Below are positions 8,667-17,717 of a DNA stretch of 64,000 nt, in pieces. Under the pieces are notes generated by a model that saw nothing but the letters and a program-made list of their open reading frames with translations, was not told where the DNA came from and did no database searches. The number at the start of each line of letters is the position of its first letter. Position 1 is the first letter of the stretch. A program made the position numbers and the translations under genes. Source of the DNA: Thecamonas trahens ATCC 50062 (lineage: Eukaryota; Protista; Apusomonadida); contig NW_013657637.1 in the NCBI RefSeq assembly GCF_000142905.1, positions 202,971-266,970 of the forward strand, written 5' to 3'.

Positions 8667-10961
8667 TCAAGAGGTGATGGTGGGAGGAGCACCGAGGGAC
8701 TTGCGCTCGGTCATGGTTGTGGTGATTGCCTTGAGCCAGGGGGTGCGGTCGTGGGGCGAGTCGAAAACGAGGACGACGAGATCGCCGGGCGTTGCTGAGG
8801 AGCGGGAGCGGCGGACAGAGGCGGTATCCACCGAGGAAGCGGTGGCGGTGGAGATGAGCGGGGTGAGCGCGATGGAGTGTGGAAAAGTGTCCGAGATGAG
8901 CGGCGGGGTGTCGAGCAGGTGCATGGCGTCGAGATCGTGGGCGGCGGTGACGACACGTGTGGAGCGGATGCGCTTGCGCGAGACGATGACGAGAAGGCCG
9001 GCGAAGAGGTAGGCGTACTCTGTGCGGGGCTTGAGAATCGAGTTGGCCATAGTGTTGCGCTTGATGGCGGAGGGGACAATGACGCCGATGTTGAGCTCTC
9101 CCTCGGTGATAAAGTTGCGAATCTTGAGGTCGGGCGGGAGCAGACCATCGGGGTCTTCGAGGCCTTTGAAAAAGACATCGAGCTTGTTGAGGTTGTCGGC
9201 CGTCCGCTTCCACTCGTTGATGCGGGAGACAACGGTGCCGAGGTTGTCGGCCGTCTCGACGAGTGCGGCGTAGTCGACGTCGTTGGCAGCATCCATTTTG
9301 CGGAGAAGCTCGCGGAGGAGAAGCGGGTACTTGCAAAGGCGCTGGATGGGCTTGATAAGGAAGGAGCCGAGCGGGAGGCTCTTGGTTTTGGGATCCTCGA
9401 ACCGAGCTTGGAGAAAGGCGCGGAATTTCTTGGACGACGCTGTGAGGCTCTCTAGCGTGTTGAGCGCCCGCTCGTGGTTGGACGAGTACGGAGTGTAGAC
9501 GACAAGGATGCGGCGGAGCTTGTCAGAGAGGATGTCGCCGACGCGCTCCACCCATTTGCGCTCCTTCTGGCGCTTCTTGAACTGCAACCACATCTCGCGA
9601 TGGAGTGGAAGAATTTCCTCCACGTTGCCAAAGAGCGCGTCGAGGTCGTCGGCGGAAACAATGTCTAACTCGCGGAGCGGGGTGAGGAACTCGTCGATGA
9701 GGATGAGAAGGTCGAGGACGTATGCCTCCTCGGTTTGGATCATCTCGTAGATGACCTCCTGGCAGGCGAGCTGGTTCTTGGTGAAGCCTGAGATGTCGAG
9801 CGAGTGGTACTCTGCGTACTCACGGAAGTTCTTGGGCAGAGGGCCGCGCTTGGGCGCCGCGGCAAGTGCGCGCGACCGGCGTGCAGCGTTGGCAGCCCCG
9901 GTCTGGGCTGTGAGCATGGCTTTGTGCGTCCGCGATGGTAGGTCGGACGCGTTGCGTGCCACGGGGCGGGCCGGGCCAGCACCTGCACCAGAGGTCAGCA
10001 CCGCCGAGTCGCGCGCGGCGCGCACCTCTTTGCCCAGCTCGAGAACGTCGAGCGAGAACGCACGCCAGCAGGCGTCGTCGGCGGCGGGGCGGATGACGAT
10101 CTTGGCTTGCGAGACGGCCTTGGTCGACGCGGTCTTGAGCGCGCTGGCGAGTGCGTCGCCGTTGATACACATCGCACGCAGTGAGGCCATGAGCGTCTTG
10201 ACCGACGTGACCAGCGAGCGCAGGTTTGGCGCCACTTCTCCCGGGTTGCGCACCTTGATGGCGGCCAGGACTGGTCGGAGAGCAGCGGTGACGGCATCGA
10301 TCTCCGCCGCAAACGGCAGGCTTGCAAACGGCGTAGCGCGCGGCGGCACGCCGCCTGACGGCGCCGAGCCAATCGATCGCGACCGCGGGGTGCCACCCGA
10401 CTCGCGAAGCGAATCGACACGCGACGACGGCAGCTGCGAGGCCAACCCTGAGTCTGAGCCTGGGCGAGTTGACGAGGTTGGCGACGAGGTCGAGGATGCG
10501 GTCGACGACGGCGATGGGGCGCCCGCGAGTGACCTCCGATTTGCGCGCCAGTGATTCTCACAGACAGGACGGCCATTAGCCTCCATGTAACCAGCCACCA
10601 GCGAGGTCGAGCATTGCGGATGTGTGCAGCGGAAGTGATCGGGGAGAAAGGAGAAGCCGAGGGCCTTGACGTAGGTACCCAGCAGCGGTTCGTTGCAACC
10701 ACATTGACAATGAGGAATGTCATTGGCAGCCTCATAGCAGGAGCAGCACATGGCTGACGAGGTGAGCGCGAGCGGTCCGACCGAGACAGACGTCCGCTTG
10801 TTGGCCCCCACCTCGTAGAACCTCCGCCCCGCCAGTGTCTCTCCACAGCTGGCGCACACAAAGTGCTCCCGATGGAACCGAGCGCCAAGCACTCGGAGCG
10901 CCGTCAGGTCGTCCTCCTCCACCTCTTCACCACATCCAGGGCATGCATTGTCTTTCTCCAT
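8667..10961 (-). CDS. RhoGEF (DH-PH) with two N-terminal LIM domains and a central four-helix bundle
   Basis: Two LIM zinc-finger patterns. DH motifs QEVIYEMIQTEEAYVLDL, LFGNVEEI and LGSFLIKPIQRLCKYPLLLRELL. PH-like C-terminus (YAYLFAGLLVI...PWLKAI). Confidence 0.9.
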   Translation of the reverse strand: MEKDNACPGCGEEVEEDDLTALRVLGARFHREHFVCASCGETLAGRRFYEVGANKRTSVSVGPLALTSSAMCCSCYEAANDIPHCQCGCNEPLLGTYVKALGFSFLPDHFRCTHPQCSTSLVAGYMEANGRPVCENHWRANRRSLAGAPSPSSTASSTSSPTSSTRPGSDSGLASQLPSSRVDSLRESGGTPRSRSIGSAPSGGVPPRATPFASLPFAAEIDAVTAALRPVLAAIKVRNPGEVAPNLRSLVTSVKTLMASLRAMCINGDALASALKTASTKAVSQAKIVIRPAADDACWRAFSLDVLELGKEVRAARDSAVLTSGAGAGPARPVARNASDLPSRTHKAMLTAQTGAANAARRSRALAAAPKRGPLPKNFREYAEYHSLDISGFTKNQLACQEVIYEMIQTEEAYVLDLLILIDEFLTPLRELDIVSADDLDALFGNVEEILPLHREMWLQFKKRQKERKWVERVGDILSDKLRRILVVYTPYSSNHERALNTLESLTASSKKFRAFLQARFEDPKTKSLPLGSFLIKPIQRLCKYPLLLRELLRKMDAANDVDYAALVETADNLGTVVSRINEWKRTADNLNKLDVFFKGLEDPDGLLPPDLKIRNFITEGELNIGVIVPSAIKRNTMANSILKPRTEYAYLFAGLLVIVSRKRIRSTRVVTAAHDLDAMHLLDTPPLISDTFPHSIALTPLISTATASSVDTASVRRSRSSATPGDLVVLVFDSPHDRTPWLKAITTTMTERKSLGAPPTITS

Positions 10962-10973
10962 AATGATATGTAT

Positions 10974-10974
<1 letters not shown>

Positions 10975-11050
<76 letters not shown>
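10975..11050. repeat. (GT)n microsatellite just upstream of the RhoGEF start
   Basis: Directly visible. Confidence 0.95.
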
Positions 11051-11224
11051 GGGAGGGAGGGAGAGGTGTCTACTGCCGTGCACGCCGTGCTGACGTGCCG
11101 GCAGTCAGGTTTTCGGCAAACGACTTTGCTTGCACGCCCTGCCGGTTCCGGCACAGTAGTGACAAGCACGAACCACGAGCAGAATGATATGCGCAAGCAG
11201 GGGGGGGGGGGGGGGGGTGTACTG

Positions 11225-13345
11225 TCACCGCTCTGTGGCAACGCCGAAAAGATCAAGGCCAAGGAGGAAGATATGGAGCGGGATGAGCGAGATGAGCATG
11301 GCGTAGAAAAGGACGCTGTTGGCCAGGATGACCACCGAGATGAGAAAGCCAAAGGTGATGAGGTGAAAGAGGAGGATGATGGCGCGAAAGAGCGTCGAGG
11401 TGGACATGTACACATGCGGGTGCTGGACGGTGAGCGGTGGGTTGTTGATGGCCTCAGCAAGCTTAGCGAGCACAATGGTGAGCGGGAGCATCATCCAGAT
11501 GAGCGACCGCGATTTGGAGGTGACAACGAGGACAGTCTCGTGGCGGGGATCGTCATCAAGAGGGTCATCATCAAACTCTGATGCTCGCTCACGGACACCG
11601 TGCGCCTCGACCAGGCTCGGCGTCCAAAAGCCAAATGTGAGGAGAAAGAGCCGCTTGAGTGAGCCGACGACGAGGATGAACGGAACAAAGCAGCACGCAC
11701 CTGAGATGTTGCTCGACGGGCGTCCGGAGAAGAGGACAAGAAGAACGATGAAGCAGAGCGTGAGGATGGCAATGTTGGCAAAGAACATGACGTCCGCCAT
11801 CTGCTTGTCCAGCGGTGAGCACGTTCGCTCGATCGACCACATGCCGAGAAAGACCTGGGGCATGATGAGCACAATGAGCTGGATGATGTAGAAGAGGACA
11901 GCCTGGAGGAGGGCAGAGATGGCCTGGAAAATGAGCGCACCCGTCCGTCCGCTGCACGGCCGAAGCGAGACCAGCTTGATGGCCACAAACAAGAGCAAGT
12001 CATGGTGAAGAATGACGACAAACGCAGCCATGAACGCCGCAAGGAGCCACGGAAACGCCAGCAGTAGCGTCCCGCCGCAGTTCCACACCAGCACCTCGGC
12101 AGTGAGCGAGTTGAAGTACGCCAGAAGCGCATCGACCGAGAACAAGATGGGAGCTAGGTTGCCGAGCGGGACTACATCGGTAATGTCGCCAATTGATGGC
12201 AGTGAGCCGACGTAGAGCGAGAGCGAGCCGTGGATGAGCTGGAGGTTGATGAGGAGCCGGATAGCGTCAAAGACTAAAAAGATGAGCCGGAGGACAACAA
12301 GGACAGCATAGCCGACAGCAGACGTCTCGCGACGGCGCTCGGCGTACTTGATCGCGGCGTCGGTCGGGCGAGAGGCGTCGAGTCGGCTGCCGCCTCCGCC
12401 GCTGCCGATAGCCGCCGAGGCGTGTCCGCCTGCCGTTCCGCCGCCGTCACCGGTCCGCGCGCCAAAGAAGCCACCGGCCAGCGTACCGACACCGCGCTCG
12501 GCGACGGTTCGCTTGGAGCGGTCGGCATTGTCGTCGTCCGAGTAGTACGCCTGCGAGTACGAGCCGTCGTCCGATTCGGGCGCCCATGGTGCAATGGCAC
12601 CGTTCGGAGGCGGCGCGGAGTCCATCGGTGAGCAGAGCGTCGGATACCACGCATGCTTCCGCTGCTGATGAAAGAGGACCAACGCAAAGCACAGCAGGAG
12701 CACGGCACCCACCCCCGCAGCAATAGTCCCAGTCGAGTCGTCGATCCGCTGATGGAGCGAGAACGGCACGTGTGGCGCAGGGAGGACAGCAGATGGCGCC
12801 ATGTCGATCCACGCCGCAATGTACAGCCATCGATTACCAGACGAGGGCAAGCCCGAGTCGACGACAACCTCTACAAGATAAGAGTCATTGCTCGGCAGTA
12901 CGCTGCTCAAAGACATTCCGATGCGGCTGGCAGAGCCCCCCGGGTAGGAGACGGTGTGAACAAGGCCGGTCGAGTTGGCATGGGACGATCCGTTTGAAGG
13001 AGCGACGAGAGGCGCGTCGTCCCATGCCAGAGCCAGAGCCATCGATTGAATGAGAATGGCCGAAGAGAGTGGCTTTTCCAGCGAGAAGCGAACAACGACT
13101 TGCGAGTTGGTCGACGAGGTCAAGAGCCGGGCCGAGGCGAAGCTGCCTGACGCCGTTGGCGCGAGTTCACCAGCTGAGGTCACCGCATTGCGGACCTCAC
13201 CGAGAGCCGTTTCCCCTCCCAACAGGGTCGCGGGGAGGGCGAGGAGGATGAGCAGTGCGGCGAGGGTGGTGGGGGCGGTGACATGGGGATGAGGTGGTGA
13301 GGTGGGGGGAGGGGGGGGAGGTACTGTGAATCGGAGAGAGCTCAA
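11225..13345 (-). CDS. Uncharacterised multi-pass membrane protein; 5' end unresolved, possibly the last exon of the upstream gene
   Basis: Long ORF with one TM, a low-complexity loop and about 7-8 further hydrophobic segments. The ORF-track start is TTG, not ATG. Confidence 0.6.
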   Translation of the reverse strand: MSSLRFTVPPPPPPTSPPHPHVTAPTTLAALLILLALPATLLGGETALGEVRNAVTSAGELAPTASGSFASARLLTSSTNSQVVVRFSLEKPLSSAILIQSMALALAWDDAPLVAPSNGSSHANSTGLVHTVSYPGGSASRIGMSLSSVLPSNDSYLVEVVVDSGLPSSGNRWLYIAAWIDMAPSAVLPAPHVPFSLHQRIDDSTGTIAAGVGAVLLLCFALVLFHQQRKHAWYPTLCSPMDSAPPPNGAIAPWAPESDDGSYSQAYYSDDDNADRSKRTVAERGVGTLAGGFFGARTGDGGGTAGGHASAAIGSGGGGSRLDASRPTDAAIKYAERRRETSAVGYAVLVVLRLIFLVFDAIRLLINLQLIHGSLSLYVGSLPSIGDITDVVPLGNLAPILFSVDALLAYFNSLTAEVLVWNCGGTLLLAFPWLLAAFMAAFVVILHHDLLLFVAIKLVSLRPCSGRTGALIFQAISALLQAVLFYIIQLIVLIMPQVFLGMWSIERTCSPLDKQMADVMFFANIAILTLCFIVLLVLFSGRPSSNISGACCFVPFILVVGSLKRLFLLTFGFWTPSLVEAHGVRERASEFDDDPLDDDPRHETVLVVTSKSRSLIWMMLPLTIVLAKLAEAINNPPLTVQHPHVYMSTSTLFRAIILLFHLITFGFLISVVILANSVLFYAMLISLIPLHIFLLGLDLFGVATER

Positions 13346-13387
13346 GGGCCAGGGCTTTGGGGCTGGGCTGACTTTACCACGCTCTAC

Positions 13388-16092
13388 TTACGAGATGGTG
13401 ACGCGGGCAGTGGCAGGCGGCGAGATGGTAGTGGTGGCCGTGACGTAGTTGTAGACGACGGTGGCGATGGTAGAGGTCGAGGCGGCCGAGGTCGACGAGT
13501 AGCCAAGGGTGGTGGCAAACGAGTGCGGGACGACAAGCATGATGGTGCCTGTGACCGGGGTGGAGACAGCGCCGGTCGCCGAGTTGATGGTGGTGCCGTC
13601 GAGGGTGGCATCAACGTGGATCATGTTGGCAGTGGGGACGGCCCACGGCGAGTAGAGGGCAGAGAGCTTGGCGTTGAGGTCGGCCTGAGTGGTGGTGACC
13701 GTGACAAAGCGCTCGTCGGCCGAGAGGGGGAGGGCCGAGAGGAAGAACGAGCCGGACGGGACGTCGGTGGTGCCGGTGAAGAGACCGGCATGGACGATGG
13801 CGACCTTGGTGGTACCGGCGGGTGCGGCAGGCGCGGCGGCGGCGAGGCGGTCGGCGACGAGGCGGCCGACGTTGGTCTCCATCGAGCCGGCGTTGGCAAA
13901 GTCGAGGGCGGCGTCGGTGGAGCCAGCGGTGGCGGCGAGGTGGTCGGTGAAGGCGGTGGCGCCGGCGGCGAGCGCCGACTCGACGCCAGCGAGAGCGGGC
14001 GCCGGGGCGACGGCGGCGTAAGGCACGGGCATGCCGGTGAACATCGACGGGGCCTCGCGGCGGATGGTCATGTCGAGGCCAGAGAGGTAGTTGTTACCAC
14101 CCGAGGTCGAGAGAACAGCCTTGCCGTTGGCGGCCGAGTAGCCGTAGGCAAACGAGTTGCCCTGGACCACCACATGGGCCGGGAGCTTGGTCGGGGTCGA
14201 TGACGAGACCGAGGTCAGCTTGGCGTTGTCGGCCGAGGTCTGGTGGGTGACGGCCACAAGAATGTCGTAGTCGGCAGCGTGGGCGTCGGCAATGCGGGTG
14301 ATGGCCACCGCCGGGTCCTCCCAGGCAAGCGCAGCCACGTTGGGGTTGGAGACAAGGCCGACAACGCCAAAACGGATCCCGTCGGCGGTGACGACGACAA
14401 AGTCCGAGGTCGAGTCCAGCGCCATGCCGTCGGACGTCTTCTTGATGTTGGAGAGGACCCACGCGAGCGAGCCGGTCGAGGCGGCGGTCGCGGTCTTGGC
14501 CGAGACGGCAAAGAGCGCCTCGAGCTCTGCAGGCGACGACGCGAGCTTGAGGTCGTTCATGCCAGGCGTGGCCACAATGCGCGAGCCGTTGCCCGCTGCC
14601 ATGGCCGCCAGCGCGTTGTTGATGGCAGAGCCGCGGACAGCGGACGAGGCCGAGGTGGTGGTGAGGAAGAAAGCGTCACCGGCAAAGGCAGTGAATGTCT
14701 TGGACATATCGTGCGCTTCTCCGTTTGCCACCATGCCTCCGATGTACTGCAGCTTGCTCTCCGTTGACACGTCCGAGAATGCCAGCAGCTGGACATTGGC
14801 CACGCCCTGGGCCAGGATCTGCATCGGCGTCAGTTTGGCCATCATGGCCTCGTCGCGGTTGACCTGCTCGAGGTCGAGCACCTTGTTGTACACCACAGTC
14901 CAGCCCACAATAAACAGCACGCCAAACACAAGTGCAGCCACAAACATCAGGCCCTGGTTGAGTGTGGGGCCTGGCAATCGAACGCGTGGCGATGGTGGTG
15001 AGTGGCGGTTTTGATCAGTGGGGAAAAAAAGGTGTGGCGGGGCGGGGGGAGGGGAAAGTGGGGAGGGGGTGGTGAGGGGGTGGGGCGGGGGGGGGGGTGG
15101 GGGAGGCGTATGCAAGATGNNNNNNNNNNNNNNNNNNNNNNNNNNNNNNNNNNNNNNNNNNNNNNNNNNNNNNNNNNNNNNNNNNNNNNNNNNNNNNNNN
15201 NNNNNNNNNNNNNNNNNNNNNNNNNNNNNNNNNNNNNNNNNNNNNNNNNNNNNNNNNNNNNNNNNNNNNNNNNNNNNNNNNNNNNNNNNNNNNNNNNNNN
15301 NNNNNNNNNNNNNNNNNNNNNNNNNNNNNNNNNNNNNNNNNNNNNNNNNNNNNNNNNNNNNNNNNNNNNNNNNNNNNNNNNNNNNNNNNNNNNNNNNNNN
15401 NNNNNNNNNNNNNNNNNNNNNNNNNNNNNNNNNNNNNNNNNNNNNNNNNNNNNNNNNNNNNNNNNNNNNNNNNNNNNNNNNNNNNNNNNNNNNNNNNNNN
15501 NNNNNNNNNNNNNNNNNNNNNNNNNNNNNNNNNNNNNNNNNNNNNNNNNNNNNNNNNNNNNNNNNNNNNNNNNNNNNNNNNNNNNNNNNNNNNNNNNNNN
15601 NNNNNNNNNNNNNNNNNNNNNAGGGGAAGGGGGACGGGGGGAGGGGGGGGGGCGGGCAGCAGCCTGCCGTTTGACGGCCTTTTGCTGGACGCGGGTTGAT
15701 CAGGCGCAGGCCCAGGACGCAGCGCAGGGTGTGGGGCAAGGGGGCAGGGTGTGTGTGTGCGAGGGGTACGGGGGCGCGGGGGGGGGATGTGGAAAACGTA
15801 CCCTCTTCCTCCTCATCTTCAGCGGCTTCCATCTCGCGGCGCTTCTCCTCCTGGAAGGCAGCGCGGCGGGCCTCCTTCTCCTCGGCCTCACGGCGGGCGG
15901 CATCGAGGGCCAGCTCCTCCACAAGACCGTCGACAGTCACAGCGAGGTCGTCAAGGCGTGTGCCCAGTTCAAGGTCACGCTCGCGGCTATGTAGGGAGGG
16001 ATGGGGGAGGGATGGGGTGAGTGTGGGGGGATGTGGAAGAGGAAGAGAGGGAGAGGGAAGGGTGTGTGTGCGTGTGCTACGTACCCAGACAT
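13388..16092 (-). CDS. Membrane-anchored 5'-nucleotidase/apyrase-like (calcineurin-like metallophosphoesterase + 5'-NT C-domain) protein with degenerate active site; exons 16092-16085, 15986-15802, 14970-13388
   Basis: LLAFSDV, FAGDAF, TPGMND, GIRFGVVGL, ILVAVTH, VVVQGNS, ETNVGRLVAD and ISPPATARVT are collinear with CD73/UshA-type enzymes. GTACGT donors and AG acceptors are phase-compatible. An extra exon could be hidden in the gap. Confidence 0.65.
15120..15621. other. Assembly gap (N)
   Basis: N run, inside a predicted intron. Confidence 1.
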
Positions 16093-16349
16093 GGTTTGGT
16101 TGCGGGAAGACGACTGTTGTGGTCGGAAGTACGGCGGGCTGCGTTCAGCGTCAGCGCCACGGCACTTTGCCCTTTTCTGGGAGCGAGGGAAGGGAATGGG
16201 CGATTCACATCAATGTTTGATGGCGCCAGCCAAGCAACAACCGACAGCAGCCATGGGCAGGTCACGCGACAGCTCATGGCGGAGAGGGAGAGACTGGAGG
16301 CGGGAGGTTTGAGGAGCACACGTGACTCTTACAACGCGAGCGAATAGAG

Positions 16350-17660
16350 ATGCGAACAAGTGCGTATGTGGTGGCTTTGGCTGTGGCTGTGGCCATGATG
16401 ACGGGCTGGACAATGGCGACGGCGGCGAGCGCGACGACGACGACGATGCAGCGGGCCGAGGCGCCGATGCTCGTCGGGTACTCGTTCGAGATGTACATGG
16501 CGGAGCACCCGATGGCTGCGGCGCACTTTGTGAGTGAGGGCGTGGACCGCGAGGCTGTGTTTGCAAAGCGGATGGCGGTGATGGTGGCGCACAACGCGCG
16601 CTACGCCGCCGGCGAGGAGACCTGGTTCATGGGCCCTAACCTCCACACCGCGCTCACCGACGCAGAGCGGGCTATGGTCCGCGGCCATCAGGCGGAGCTC
16701 AAGCAGTTTGCCGGCAAGCATGCCCAGGAGTACCCAGTCGAGGCCGAGGTGGTCAAGGCCCGCGCTGCCGCCGCCCCGTCGCACGTCGACTGGCGCGATC
16801 ACTCACCGTCGATCGTCACTGCGGTCAAGAACCAGGGCATGGTACGAAAGGGAGTAAGGGTGTGTGTGGCGCTGATGGGTGGGAGGAGAGAAGAGAGCAG
16901 ACTCGGACTCACATGGCACCCATGGCTGCTTGCGATGACGCTGGCGGACCCATAGTGCGGTTCGTGCTGGTCGTTTGCCACCGCCGAGACGCTCGAGTCG
17001 CACTATGCGCTCGCCACCGGCAAGCTGCAGGCGCTGTCGGAGCAGCAGGTGCTCGAGACGCCGAACCCGCAGGCCTGCGGCGGAACCGGCGGGTGCGGCG
17101 GCGGTATCCCTCAGCTTGCATACGACTACATGGTCGATGCGTGGAACGGGACACTCGGAGCCGAGTGGACCTACCCGTACGAGTCTTTCTTCGGCAAGAA
17201 CTTCCCGCCGGTCTCCAACTCGTCGGCGATGAAGGCGCCGGCGGCCAAGCTCTCGGGCTACGTCCAGCTCCCGCTCAACGACCTGGACACGCTCATCGAT
17301 GCCATCGCCAACGTCGGCCCGGTCGCTATTACCGTGGACGCCTCCAACTGGCACGACTACGCCGGCGGCGTCTTTACCGGATGCAACAAGACCGACATCC
17401 ACCTGGATCATGATGTCCAGCTCATGGGCTACGGCGACGACCCGCATCTCGGCCCGTACTGGCTCATCCGCAACTCGTGGTCACCCACCTTTGGCGAGGT
17501 CGGCTACATCCGCATCGCACGCCACTCGACCCCGCAGTGCGCCAAGGACACCCATCCCGAGGACGGCTTTGCCTGCAAGGGCGGTAAGAAGACCATCACC
17601 GTCTGCGGCGAGTGTGGCATTCTCTCAGACTCGTGCTACCCGATCCCGGTCGTGGCGTAA
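16350..17660 (+). CDS. Papain-family (C1A) cysteine protease with signal peptide and propeptide; intron 16842-16955
   Basis: VDWR, KNQGM|CGSCWSF (catalytic Cys after splicing), LSEQQVL, LDHDVQLMGYG (His), YWLIRNSW (Asn). Confidence 0.95.
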
Positions 17661-17717
17661 TCCCCCCTCTCGGTAACTGGCTCCTCATATTATTGAACTC
17701 CATGTCCCAAACCTGGC

